26,007 bases of DNA from an uncultured archaeon (GTDB taxonomy: Archaea > Asgardarchaeota > Lokiarchaeia > Sigyniarchaeales > SOKP01), in NCBI GenBank assembly GCA_964493715.1, contig CAZBPC010000045.1, forward strand, positions 1-26,007, read 5' to 3'. A program made the translations under genes and the position numbers. Numbering within the stretch: the stretch's first letter is position 1; each line of letters opens with the position of its first letter. The notes below the pieces were generated by a model that worked only from the letters and a program-made list of their open reading frames with translations, was not told the origin of the DNA and searched no databases. Below, in pieces: positions 8,452 to 18,723 of the stretch.

Positions 8452-11049
8452 ATGAGAAATCTTGCAAAGAAAGCTGTAATAAAATTATCTTTTTTTATAC
8501 CACTTGCAATTATCATTATGACTGTCTTTTCATTACCCTTAATGGGCATCCCCCCGTTAGGTAACCTCTTATTCCCTGGAAACGGAGTATGGAAAGTTCC
8601 AGGAGAGCTTCCAGCAGCAGAAAGATTAAACGTGCCCGGATTAAGAGGGGAAGTGACCGTTATACGAGATGATTGGGGCATACCATATATTTATGCTGAC
8701 TATGAAGAAGATCTCTTTTTTGCTCAAGGTTATTGTCATGCACAGGATAGACTCTTCCAAATGGATATGACACGTCGCCAAGTACGAGGAATGTTGTCAG
8801 AAATATTGGGTGAAGATTTATTACCTACCGATAAATTTATGCTCGCTATCGGGATGGAAGATTGGGCAATTAAGACAGATGAATTGTTAAAGAAAATGTA
8901 TAGCAATGGGACCCTTGAATTCTTTAGTTCATTTGAAAGGTATGTGGATGGAATAAATTACTACATTGGATCGCACGAAGATGTAATTCCATTAGAATAT
9001 CATCTATTGGGCTTTAAACCTACTGAATGGAGCACTATCGATACTTTGTGTTTAGTCCAAGAAATGGCAAGGCAGATGTCTTGGAATTATAATGATTTGG
9101 ATAGATACACCGCTCTACTAGCTTTAAATAGCATTAATAATACTTATTATAACGAATTATATGGACTTACCTTGCCATACCAAATTCCTATTGTCCCTGA
9201 TTATGGAGGATTCCCAGAAAGTCCAATGAAAGCCGCAATTGAAGTGAATCCTAGTTTTGCTTTAAAATCTGAAATTCAAAATTTTCTAGCGAATGTCCAA
9301 AAAATAGATTCGGAGAAAACTTTGATGGAAAGCCAAAAAGATCAAAAAGTAGGGTCAAATAATTGGGTTGTAAATGGTACTTTAAGCAGTACTGGAGCAC
9401 CAATCCTGTGCAACGATATGCATCTTGGTTGGATAATGCCTGGAGTATGGTATGAGCAGCATTTAAAAGCAGAAGATACTGGATATCATGTGTATGGATT
9501 TATAATACCCGGTATGCCCGGTGTTGCCGTAGGACATAATGAAAAAGTCGGTTGGGGTTTTACCAATACCGGATATGATGTTATAGATTGGTATTACTAT
9601 AATACTGACGGACCAAATCAATACATTTACAATGGCACTTCAACACCGTATACTGAAAAAACCTATAGTATCAATGTTAAAAACCAAGAATCTGTAGAGT
9701 TTACTGTTAGACATACCGTTCATGGTCCTGTGTTAAGCGATATGCGTGATTTTGGATTGCCGCAATCTTTGGGAAATATAGTTTTAGCGCCAAAATGGAT
9801 TACAAACGGTTATTTCTTTAACATACTTGCAGGTAATGGTTTCGATCGAGCTACAAATAGAAGTGATTTTGATGAAGCTTCAAAATATTGGACGCTTCTC
9901 GCACAAAATATAGTATATGCAGATGTTGATGGAAATATTGCTATTCGACCGACAGGAAAAGTTCCAATTCGGGACGATTCAAGGATTCCAACGGGACATC
10001 TTGGTAACGGAACCATTCCATACAATGGATCTAATGGAGAGGGAGAATGGATTGGTTTCATACCCTTCGAAGATTTGCCTAATTCTCTTAATCCAGAACA
10101 GAACTATTTAGCTTCCGCTAATCAAATTGTTGCAGGACCCGACTATAATGGTTATTTCTTACAAAATGAATACGCTGATGGATATAGAGCTAGAAGGATA
10201 AATGAACTGCTTATGAATGCTGCTGATGGATCCATAAGTGTTGAAACTATGAAAATCATCCAAAATGATGTGAATTCAACGGCTGCGAGAGCTTTCATCC
10301 CAGAATTAATTGAAGTTATTAATGACTATTATGGCCTTACACCTCCTACAAAAATAAACAATGTTCTTACAGAATTAGAAAGTTGGCATTTTGTGATGGA
10401 TAAAAATGCAGCTGCACCCACTATTTATCGCAAGTGGAGAGATTTTTTCGAAGATTTTACTTTTAATGATGAAAAGGAAACTTATGGCTTTAATACAAGA
10501 ACAAGAATTGTTGTTTTGGAATATTTGATGAAGGAAGACGAATCTTCCCATTGGTTTAATAATGTTTCTACACCTCAAAACGAAACTAGAGATGATATAA
10601 TGATGATAGCATTAAATGCCACAATCAATTGGTTGGAAAGTTTTTATGGTTCTGAGGACCCATCAACTTGGAGGTGGGGTAATATACATAAGGTATATTT
10701 TACATCTCTTACTCAATTAGATCCACTTAGTAAAGGACCTTATGAAGCTGACGGAGAAGGATATACTATTAATCCAGCTGGAGTAAATATTGACAATATG
10801 AAAAATATAGGAGTTGCGAGGGGTGGAGCATCTGAACGCTTAATTTTAGACTTTAGTAATCTGAATAATTCTTTAAGCGTTATCCCTTCGGGACAAAGAG
10901 GTCTTTCAAACTCAAAACACTATTCGGATCAACTAGAACAACTTTTCCTACAAGGAAAATACCACTTTCAATATTTTACGAATACATTATATAACTTTCC
11001 CACAAGTTCAATTGAATCTCAAATATTTTTCTTTCCAATAGGAGGTTAA
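8452..11049 (+). CDS. Penicillin acylase family (Ntn hydrolase, peptidase S45), membrane-anchored
   Basis: N-terminal TM; RDDWGIPYIYA, FAQGYCHAQDRLFQMD, nucleophile site GSNNW, NDMHL, TVHGP, QNIVYADVDGNI, WRWG, PSGQ...HYSDQ. Confidence 0.95.
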   Translation: MRNLAKKAVIKLSFFIPLAIIIMTVFSLPLMGIPPLGNLLFPGNGVWKVPGELPAAERLNVPGLRGEVTVIRDDWGIPYIYADYEEDLFFAQGYCHAQDRLFQMDMTRRQVRGMLSEILGEDLLPTDKFMLAIGMEDWAIKTDELLKKMYSNGTLEFFSSFERYVDGINYYIGSHEDVIPLEYHLLGFKPTEWSTIDTLCLVQEMARQMSWNYNDLDRYTALLALNSINNTYYNELYGLTLPYQIPIVPDYGGFPESPMKAAIEVNPSFALKSEIQNFLANVQKIDSEKTLMESQKDQKVGSNNWVVNGTLSSTGAPILCNDMHLGWIMPGVWYEQHLKAEDTGYHVYGFIIPGMPGVAVGHNEKVGWGFTNTGYDVIDWYYYNTDGPNQYIYNGTSTPYTEKTYSINVKNQESVEFTVRHTVHGPVLSDMRDFGLPQSLGNIVLAPKWITNGYFFNILAGNGFDRATNRSDFDEASKYWTLLAQNIVYADVDGNIAIRPTGKVPIRDDSRIPTGHLGNGTIPYNGSNGEGEWIGFIPFEDLPNSLNPEQNYLASANQIVAGPDYNGYFLQNEYADGYRARRINELLMNAADGSISVETMKIIQNDVNSTAARAFIPELIEVINDYYGLTPPTKINNVLTELESWHFVMDKNAAAPTIYRKWRDFFEDFTFNDEKETYGFNTRTRIVVLEYLMKEDESSHWFNNVSTPQNETRDDIMMIALNATINWLESFYGSEDPSTWRWGNIHKVYFTSLTQLDPLSKGPYEADGEGYTINPAGVNIDNMKNIGVARGGASERLILDFSNLNNSLSVIPSGQRGLSNSKHYSDQLEQLFLQGKYHFQYFTNTLYNFPTSSIESQIFFFPIGG

Positions 11050-11053
11050 AAAA

Positions 11054-11470
11054 ATGGAAATCGAAAGGAGAACCTTTTTAATAAGTCTAATCATTGTTTT
11101 ATGTCTAACTATGCTATTAACACTAGTTCCAGTTTGGCAGTTAGTCATAATCCCTGGTATTATTGCCGGAATGCTTAACAAATCGTTGAAATATGGAGTA
11201 CTAAGTGGTTGTATAGGAGTTACACTTTCGTGGGGGATTTATACTTTAGTTGGAGTGATTACAAGGAACGCATACACAATACTTGACCAGTTTGGAGCGT
11301 TAATTCTTGGAGAAGGATTTGGTTGGTTAATTCTATTACTCATCATCCTGTTAGCCAGTACATTTGGGGCTATTGGAGGTGGAATTGGTAACGGATTTAA
11401 GGCTCTAATTAACGCATACCTCGAGAAGCATCCTTATCGAGATTCAGAATTGCAATATAAAGAAAATTAA
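11054..11470 (+). CDS. Small Gly-rich membrane protein (about 4 TM)
   Basis: Hydrophobic helices with GxxxG motifs; 4 nt after the acylase stop, with a GGAGG SD. Confidence 0.75.
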   Translation: MEIERRTFLISLIIVLCLTMLLTLVPVWQLVIIPGIIAGMLNKSLKYGVLSGCIGVTLSWGIYTLVGVITRNAYTILDQFGALILGEGFGWLILLLIILLASTFGAIGGGIGNGFKALINAYLEKHPYRDSELQYKEN

Positions 11471-11568
11471 ATAATTTTTTTTCATTCATTTTTTTGAATA
11501 AAATTCTTTTTTAGGTACATTGTCGATTTTTCAATTATTCAAATCATAATAAAGTAGATTAATACAAA

Positions 11569-11940
11569 TTAATCTAATAAAGCGGCAATCCTATTTGAAA
11601 CACTTTGAATATTCAGAAAGACCATTCCTAAACTAGCATTAGCATTACATAACGTACATAAAATTGCATTTTCCCCAGCTTTAGATAAAATAATAATTCC
11701 GTTTACTCCTTCTATCAAAATTCTTTTAAGTTCTCCTCGATTTAATTCCTCTACAGCACGTTCCGAAACACTCTGTATAGCGGCCGACATAGCAGATACA
11801 ATCCCATCATTAACATTTCTACTTAGGACTGAACAAATTGGTAATCCTTGGATGCTAACGATTGCAGAACCCTCTATATCTGAGTTAACCGCAGACAATT
11901 TCCTTAATAAATCTGTCAGTTCACTGATATTTTCAGACAC
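11569..11940 (-). CDS. Roadblock/LC7 (MglB-like) domain protein
   Basis: IEGSAIVSIQGLPICS, VSAMSAA..SVSERAVEEL.RGEL..ILIEG..G, LGMVF. GTG start with AAGGAGG SD. Confidence 0.93.
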   Translation of the reverse strand: MSENISELTDLLRKLSAVNSDIEGSAIVSIQGLPICSVLSRNVNDGIVSAMSAAIQSVSERAVEELNRGELKRILIEGVNGIIILSKAGENAILCTLCNANASLGMVFLNIQSVSNRIAALLD

Positions 11941-12115
11941 TCTTGACTTCCTCCTTGTTTTTTATAATGAGAAAACACATTAAGTTATATAATCTATTAA
12001 ACTTAACTTTATTTATTTGTAATGTTTTCTTAATAAATTTTTAATTATCAGATAAATAAATTTGATATTTCTTTTTTAAAAAATATTTTTATCAATTTTT
12101 ACATTTAGTACTTCA

Positions 12116-13096
12116 ATGACTGAAAATAAAAATTTAAAAGATATTTCTGACGCACAAAAAGAGAAAGAAAAGAATGAACAAGGAGAAGAAGAGAAACATC
12201 ATCAAATCCAATCATTGAAAAAAGCGGGAAATATAGCTCAAGAAACGAAAAAGTTCATTAAACCGAAAATTAAGATAGGAGCTAAAGTACTCGAGTTAAT
12301 TGAATCTACAGAATCTAAGATAGTTGAATTAGGAGGAAATTGGGCTTTCCCTACAAATATAAGCATAAATAACATAGCTGCACACTATACTTCTCCAATA
12401 AAAGATGATAACTTAATAATTCAAGAAGGAGATATTGTCAAAATAGATCTCGGTGTACATATTGATGGTTTTATTGTAGACACTGCTTTTTCAATAAGCT
12501 TTAGTGAGGAAGAACGACTTGAAAATATCATTCAAGCAACAGAAGTAGCAATAGAAGCTGCGAAAAATATGGCAAAACCAGAAGTTAATACGAAAGATAT
12601 TGGGAAAAAAATTGAAAGTATTATAAAAGGTTTCAATTATAACCCAATAAAGGAGTTAGGGGGACATCAAATTGAACAATGGATTGTCCATGGTAAAAAA
12701 GCACTTCCTGAATTGGGTTCACAAGGGGGAGATACTATGGAAGTAGGAGATGTATTTGCAGTTGAAATTTTTGCTAGTACTGGTGAAGGATCCATTCATA
12801 ATACTAAATATTCATATATCTATGAATTAAATCCATACGTTGGAAGAGTTCCATTAAGGAGAAAATCATCAAAACAAATTTTAGCCCATATCAATAAAAA
12901 TTATAAGACTTTACCATTTGCAGAAAGGTGGCTAGCAAAAGATTTTAGAATGGGAGTGGCATTTGGTCTACAAGAATTAATTCAACAAGGAAAACTTAGA
13001 GTTCACTACGTATTAGCAGAACAAAAGGGAGCCTATGTTGCTCAAAGTGAAGAAACAATAATTATCACAGAAGACAGTTTTGAACAGTTAACTTAA
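12116..13096 (+). CDS. map: Methionine aminopeptidase type II
   Basis: AFP, AAHYT, KIDLGVHIDG..VDTA, GGH, AVEIFASTGEG, type II insert (YKTLPFAERWL), VAQSEET. Confidence 0.96.
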   Translation: MTENKNLKDISDAQKEKEKNEQGEEEKHHQIQSLKKAGNIAQETKKFIKPKIKIGAKVLELIESTESKIVELGGNWAFPTNISINNIAAHYTSPIKDDNLIIQEGDIVKIDLGVHIDGFIVDTAFSISFSEEERLENIIQATEVAIEAAKNMAKPEVNTKDIGKKIESIIKGFNYNPIKELGGHQIEQWIVHGKKALPELGSQGGDTMEVGDVFAVEIFASTGEGSIHNTKYSYIYELNPYVGRVPLRRKSSKQILAHINKNYKTLPFAERWLAKDFRMGVAFGLQELIQQGKLRVHYVLAEQKGAYVAQSEETIIITEDSFEQLT

Positions 13097-13117
13097 ATTC
13101 TATATTGCTTCCTCATT

Positions 13118-14224
13118 ATGAACAAATTAAAAATTTGCTTGATTAGCCTTACATTTTCTCCTGATAGTCAAGATGGAGCTGCAAAATTCATTACTGGAGT
13201 TTATAACTATCTAAAAAAGCAAGGACATAATGTAAAAGTAATTACGGGAAAATGGAACATCGATTTAAAAAATCCAGACATTATACAAGTGAGTTTGATA
13301 AGGAAAAGTTATTTCTGGCTCCCACAATTTATATATAAAGTTAATAAAATTATGAGAACATCAAATTTTGATGTTATTCATTTAAATGGACCTAAAGCTT
13401 TAATACCTTTTTTATTCTCAAATCAGAAGAAGTTTTTCTCTACGATCCATGATTTAGGACCAATTGAAACGAAATTTTCAATACTTCCTATCGAAAAAAT
13501 ATTGATAAAACAATTAGTAAAAAGAGCATCGATCATAACAACCTGTTCTGATTTTGTAAAGCACCAAATTAAGCAAATCTTTCCAAAAACTGACATTAAT
13601 AAAATATTCAATTTATATTCTGCAATCGAATCAAAATTTATCTCATGTCCATCAGAAGCAACGTTATTAAAGAGAAAAATGGGATTGGAAGGACCGATTC
13701 TTCTGTACATAGGTCGTATTGCTTCATATAAGGGAGTTCCAGACATAATTAAAGCATTTCAACTTGCTAAACAACAGATTAAGAATCTTGAGTTAGTTAT
13801 AGGAGGAACTCCTGATTTTTCAATGAAAAAAACATATGAAGAATGGATAGAAAAATATCCTGATATCAAATTTACTGGTTTCGTTAATACAGATGAGATT
13901 CCAATCTATTATTCGATGGCTGACATATTTATCACTTATTCTTATGCTTCCGAGGGTTTTGGATTAACTCCTATAGAAGCGATTGCATGTGGTACTCCTG
14001 TAATTTGTTCCTCCCTTAAAGTTTTTAAAGAAGTTTTAGGCGATAATGCAATTTTTGTTCCTCCAAGGAGACCAGATATCCTGGCTAAAGAAATAATTAA
14101 CCTTATTAAGGATGATGACAAGAGGAAAAAATTAATAGAAAGATCTAGCTCTTATATTAAAAGATTTTCATGGGATTCAGTTGGACAAAAATTAGAAGCA
14201 ATTTATTATAAATTATTAAATTAA
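13118..14224 (+). CDS. Glycosyltransferase family 4 (GT-B)
   Basis: STIHDL, LYIGRI...KG, EGFGLTPIEAIACGTPVI, FSWD. Confidence 0.94.
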   Translation: MNKLKICLISLTFSPDSQDGAAKFITGVYNYLKKQGHNVKVITGKWNIDLKNPDIIQVSLIRKSYFWLPQFIYKVNKIMRTSNFDVIHLNGPKALIPFLFSNQKKFFSTIHDLGPIETKFSILPIEKILIKQLVKRASIITTCSDFVKHQIKQIFPKTDINKIFNLYSAIESKFISCPSEATLLKRKMGLEGPILLYIGRIASYKGVPDIIKAFQLAKQQIKNLELVIGGTPDFSMKKTYEEWIEKYPDIKFTGFVNTDEIPIYYSMADIFITYSYASEGFGLTPIEAIACGTPVICSSLKVFKEVLGDNAIFVPPRRPDILAKEIINLIKDDDKRKKLIERSSSYIKRFSWDSVGQKLEAIYYKLLN

Positions 14225-14238
14225 TAAAGATACTTCAG

Positions 14239-15333
14239 TTATTTATTTATGTTATTCATAACATAGTTAAAGCAAATATCGTTAGGGTTGTCGAATTTAC
14301 TAATAATCTTTTTGAAGGATAAATCAAATCGATTACTAAAGTCACCTCGCGAAAGATATTCTATTGATTTCTGAATTACTTTTTTCGGATCTTTTATATG
14401 ATGTAACGGAAATCCGTTTTTTATTAAAAATTGTTCTTGTGGAGCTGTTTCTCCTGGAAAAAATTCGATGCTTGGAGTTCTTAAAAGGCTGGATTCTCGT
14501 ACTATTGTACCTCCACCGCTAATTACTAAAGCAGAATAAAAACATAAGTCTACCATATTTGGCATAAATCTTGTTAAAATAATATTCTGATCGTCAATTA
14601 TCCCTGAAAGATTTTTTTCTAAAAACTTTTGTTGTTTATCAGTTCTTACTATTACAATATATTTATGTTCAGGAAATTCATTGTATATAGATGGCAAGAA
14701 TTCGCTTATGAGTGTTCGATCTGGAGCTAGATCGTTTATAAAATAGCTTGCAAATGATGGTTCACTTCTAATAATCAAGAAATTTCCCCGTTCTAAATCA
14801 AATCTATCAAGAACCTGAGAATTTGGGTTATATTCAGATAACCAAGCGATTTCATCAATCCCATTATATTGGATTATTTTTTCGGGATCAGCATGAAGAT
14901 TTATATACCACTCCTTTGGTACACATTTAGGAGTGATTATTTTATCCAAGAATGGAAATAAAAGTTTACAAACAGGAATATTGCGCGGTTCATCATTATA
15001 ACCAATTGAAGGAATGTTCAAGCCGTAAGATATCCTTGCACCTTCAACAGAAGAGAATGTAACAAAAAAATTGGGATTAAATTTAGTTACTAACGGAAAT
15101 AAATCCTTTAATCGTTGGATATATTCTTTTAGTTTATTTTCTAACTTCTCTCCACCATGAATACCAACTTTTTGATATGAAAAACCAAATTCATCTAATA
15201 TTTGGAATGTGGAATCATAATCTCTTGCAGTGATTAATATCTCAAGACCTTCGGATTGAAATTTGTCTATAAGGGATTTAAACATAATACCCGTTTTTGG
15301 CTCTTCAATATCTATCCATATTTTTTTATTCAT
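14239..15333 (-). CDS. DUF354 family GT-B fold protein (putative glycosyltransferase)
   Basis: KIWIDI, ILITARD, GIHGG, YNGIDEIAW, IIRSEP..ASY, ISGGGTIVRES. Confidence 0.82.
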   Translation of the reverse strand: MNKKIWIDIEEPKTGIMFKSLIDKFQSEGLEILITARDYDSTFQILDEFGFSYQKVGIHGGEKLENKLKEYIQRLKDLFPLVTKFNPNFFVTFSSVEGARISYGLNIPSIGYNDEPRNIPVCKLLFPFLDKIITPKCVPKEWYINLHADPEKIIQYNGIDEIAWLSEYNPNSQVLDRFDLERGNFLIIRSEPSFASYFINDLAPDRTLISEFLPSIYNEFPEHKYIVIVRTDKQQKFLEKNLSGIIDDQNIILTRFMPNMVDLCFYSALVISGGGTIVRESSLLRTPSIEFFPGETAPQEQFLIKNGFPLHHIKDPKKVIQKSIEYLSRGDFSNRFDLSFKKIISKFDNPNDICFNYVMNNINK

Positions 15334-15355
15334 GAGGTTTAATCACATCTTCGAT

Positions 15356-16093
15356 TTATAAATTTGATACATTTTTAATCTTCTTGGCGGGATTCCCAAC
15401 TACAACATCATATTCTTCAGTATCTTTTGTAACAATAGAACCAGCCCCTACAATTGTTCCTTTTTTCAGCTTTAGTCCCGGAAGAATAACTGAATTTGCT
15501 CCCAAAGAAACTTCATCTTCAAGTGTAGGGCCCTTTAAATCATAATCCTTTCGCATCATATATTTATCGTTAGTTAATTTACTGTAGGGACCCATAAATA
15601 CATTATTTCCAATTTTGCAAAACAACGGGATATAAACTCCCGTTTGAATACTCACATTCTCACCAATATCCACATTCCCATCAATGACCGAATTAGTTCC
15701 AATTAAAGAATTTCGACCAATTTTTGTTTTTTCCCGAATCATTACACCATGCCCCGTTTGACAATTATCACCCAAAATAACATTTGAATATATTATAGTT
15801 CCCGCTCTTATAGTGCACGTTCTACCGATCTCTATAATCTCATTGCTGCTTTCAATACCCAAGCTATTATTTTTGACGAATCTTTTTAATTCTTCTCTTT
15901 GTGGATGACCTATTATACAATTTTCCCCAATATATGTTCCTTTTTTGATTAAAGCCTTTCCATAGATTGTTGTATTTTTCGATACGTATACATTTTCTTC
16001 AATTACTACACTGGATCCAATTGAACAATAGTTATCAATGAAAGAACTATCATCAATTTTTGCATTAGAATGAATTTTTTTAATTATTTTCAC
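15356..16093 (-). CDS. Left-handed beta-helix (hexapeptide) acyltransferase, probable nucleotide-sugar N-acetyltransferase (WbpD/WlbB-like)
   Basis: Many [LIV]Gxxxx hexads; FMGP...LTNDKY, SLGANSVILPG, VGAGSIVTKD, VVGNPA. Confidence 0.88.
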   Translation of the reverse strand: MKIIKKIHSNAKIDDSSFIDNYCSIGSSVVIEENVYVSKNTTIYGKALIKKGTYIGENCIIGHPQREELKRFVKNNSLGIESSNEIIEIGRTCTIRAGTIIYSNVILGDNCQTGHGVMIREKTKIGRNSLIGTNSVIDGNVDIGENVSIQTGVYIPLFCKIGNNVFMGPYSKLTNDKYMMRKDYDLKGPTLEDEVSLGANSVILPGLKLKKGTIVGAGSIVTKDTEEYDVVVGNPAKKIKNVSNL

Positions 16094-16149
16094 CTCAGTC
16101 TAATCATTTCTTACCAATTTCATACTTCATTTAAAAGTTAATAAATTAA

Positions 16150-16443
16150 TTAATTTTGACACTTACATGGATTAGCATTGCATTTCTTACATTTATCAGG
16201 ATATTTGAAAGCTAACGCTTTTTCTAAATCAATTTCCATTAAATTTGCAATTGAAGCCGTCCATGCTATTATATCAGCCAATTCTTCTGATATTTTAGCG
16301 GGATCAATTAATTTTTCATTCAGTAGTGTAGCTAATTCTCCTATTTCTTCTATAAGCCATATAAATGTGCTATTAATTCCCCTCATTGAATCTTTTTTAA
16401 AATAGAGATTTCGAATTAGAGCCTGAAATTCAGAAATTTTCAT
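16150..16443 (-). CDS. MazG-like nucleotide pyrophosphohydrolase
   Basis: WLIEEIGELA and EELADIIAW motifs; C-terminal KYP..CKKC...PCKC. Confidence 0.9.
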   Translation of the reverse strand: MKISEFQALIRNLYFKKDSMRGINSTFIWLIEEIGELATLLNEKLIDPAKISEELADIIAWTASIANLMEIDLEKALAFKYPDKCKKCNANPCKCQN

Positions 16444-16485
16444 TGTAAGGATGAAGGTGGTTAAGTTATTTCAATGAAATAGTTC

Positions 16486-16695
16486 TCATGCTCCAGGAGT
16501 AAAAAACCAATTAAATACACCTAAATGAGCAAGAAATACGACAACAATTAGCGCTATTGAGATTATTACAGTACTGATAGGGCTTACTTTAAGACCGATT
16601 GAACTATCCTCAAAAAACCGCATTAACCCTGCCCCTCCTAATGGCATGGGTGCAGTACCACTTCTTCTTTTTTTCCTTCTAGATTGACTTGACAT
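16486..16695 (-). CDS. secG: Preprotein translocase subunit Sec61-beta (archaeal SecG)
   Basis: Basic N-terminus, GAGLMRFFED, LKVSP, single C-terminal TM ending in H. Confidence 0.92.
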   Translation of the reverse strand: MSSQSRRKKRRSGTAPMPLGGAGLMRFFEDSSIGLKVSPISTVIISIALIVVVFLAHLGVFNWFFTPGA

Positions 16696-16837
16696 AGTTT
16701 AATCTGAAATAATTTCTTATTAAATTATTAAAAAATTGCACATATAATAAGTTTTATTTTGAATTGTGGTGGAAAATATGATAAATTTTTATTATTAATT
16801 TTAATTATCTTCAGATAGTTTAAGAAAGATATGGTTT

Positions 16838-18688
16838 ATGGTAATGATGAATAAAAAGAAAATTTCGGCAATTTTTGCTGGGTTATTAGTATTCTTGATT
16901 ATCGTTTCATTTTTTGTATTCCCTCAAGGAAATTCACAGTTGAATCAAGAAAAAGAAGAAAGTTTAAGATTATCTGCAAACTTTGAAGGATTTGAAAATA
17001 TCCTAATAACTGATATAAAGCATAACGTTAATATAAGTGGATATGGACTCGTAAATATTGAAGATAGACTCACGATATTAAATCAAAATTCTAATCCAAT
17101 AACTTCAATTTTTATGGGAATTCCTCTCAATAATTCTGAAAACTTAATCTATTTGGTAGCAACAGGAAGCACCAATAATGCTCTTGTTACTGAACGCCAT
17201 TCTATCGTTTATGATAATTATGAAATGATCTCTATATCTTTTGATTCTCCCCTGCTCCCTCAACAATCTCGGATCATTAAAATAAGGTTTACCTTAAAAG
17301 ATCAATTAAATTACCTTTTTACAGGAGGAAGACAACAAATCGTTTTTGCAGGAAATATATTTCCTTACATACCCTACAAAGCAGAAGGTGATATAAAATC
17401 TACCTTTAAATTGCCACAAGGCGCAACTGAATTGTCACATGATCAAGTATCTGGAATGGGAAACAATCTTGGTGATACAATCTTATATGATTTGGAACAA
17501 AGTATTGAATATGGGCATTTAGATCCGTTTTTAGTAAATTTAGGTGCAGATAAGGAAATTAATATAGTTTTCGAACACAGTTCTGAAACTAAACTTGAAT
17601 TAGAGCAAATTAATCGTGAAATAGCAATCTCCCCCTGGGGAATAATCAAAGTTAAAGAGGATCATGTCATGAAAAATGTAGGCGTCATTAATATCTATAG
17701 CTTATCCTTCCAAGTACCAAATGATGCAATTAATATACGAGTATCGGATAGTCTTGGTGAATTGTTAGGTACGGATATAAAAGTTACTGAAAATAATAAT
17801 AAGGAAATCGTGATAAACCTTCTGTATAATAGAGCTTCATTAAATCCTAATTCCAACCTAAGATATACAATTGAGTATAATTTACCTTTTGATAATCATT
17901 TCTCAATAAATTGGTTCCAAGAATCAATACAACTGAACTTAATCACGACAATTCATGAATTTTTTGTCAGAAATCAAATTATCAAGGTTTTTATTGAGGG
18001 ATGTGGCACTATTGATTATATATCAAGTCCTCCCGATGGTATCAATCAAGTGAGTGGTTCTAAAATACTTTTGTACTCCTCGGAAGATATTAGTCCTCTT
18101 GAAGATAAAATAATACTCTTCACATTTACCCTAAACTACTTCGATCTATTGGTTAGACCAATAATACTGCTCTTGCTAATAGCCTCGATACTATCAATAT
18201 TCGTTGTTCTAACAAAAACTAGGAAGAAAGAAGGGGATGGTGAGTTATTTAAAACAGAATTAATTCCTATCAACGAGATCAGAGAATTTTGCTCGTTATA
18301 TGAAGAAAAAAATGCCCTAATTCTTGAAATGAGAAAAGCAGAGGAAGAAGCTAAAAGGAAAAAAATGCCTAAAAAATCTTATAACAATATCGTAAATAAG
18401 AATACCACTAAAATCGAGCAAATTAAACAAGAAATTATTCCTTTCTCAAAAATATTAGAAGAAGCTAGTGATATTTTTGGAAACATTATTAAAAAACTAG
18501 ATGTACTTGATACTGAACGAGATAGCGTAGATGATAGCATAAATCTTCTCGATACACGTTATAAAAGAGGAAAATTACCTTCTCGCGCAGCTTATCAAAA
18601 ACTTTCTGATGATTTTCTACGTAGAAAAAAGAAAATTGATCGCACAATAGACAAATATATTCAACAATTAAGAAGCTACTTATTATAA
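16838..18688 (+). CDS. Ribophorin I (OST1/RPN1)-like type I membrane protein
   Basis: Signal/anchor, two related beta-rich repeats (IKHNVNISGYGLVNIEDRLTILN and INREIAISPWGIIKVKEDHVMKN, compare ribophorin I R.IEVSHWG...VEE), VSDSLG, one TM, then a charged helical cytoplasmic tail. Confidence 0.75.
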   Translation: MVMMNKKKISAIFAGLLVFLIIVSFFVFPQGNSQLNQEKEESLRLSANFEGFENILITDIKHNVNISGYGLVNIEDRLTILNQNSNPITSIFMGIPLNNSENLIYLVATGSTNNALVTERHSIVYDNYEMISISFDSPLLPQQSRIIKIRFTLKDQLNYLFTGGRQQIVFAGNIFPYIPYKAEGDIKSTFKLPQGATELSHDQVSGMGNNLGDTILYDLEQSIEYGHLDPFLVNLGADKEINIVFEHSSETKLELEQINREIAISPWGIIKVKEDHVMKNVGVINIYSLSFQVPNDAINIRVSDSLGELLGTDIKVTENNNKEIVINLLYNRASLNPNSNLRYTIEYNLPFDNHFSINWFQESIQLNLITTIHEFFVRNQIIKVFIEGCGTIDYISSPPDGINQVSGSKILLYSSEDISPLEDKIILFTFTLNYFDLLVRPIILLLLIASILSIFVVLTKTRKKEGDGELFKTELIPINEIREFCSLYEEKNALILEMRKAEEEAKRKKMPKKSYNNIVNKNTTKIEQIKQEIIPFSKILEEASDIFGNIIKKLDVLDTERDSVDDSINLLDTRYKRGKLPSRAAYQKLSDDFLRRKKKIDRTIDKYIQQLRSYLL

Positions 18689-18723
18689 TATCTTTTTTAT
18701 TTAACTTAACAGGATTATTCATT

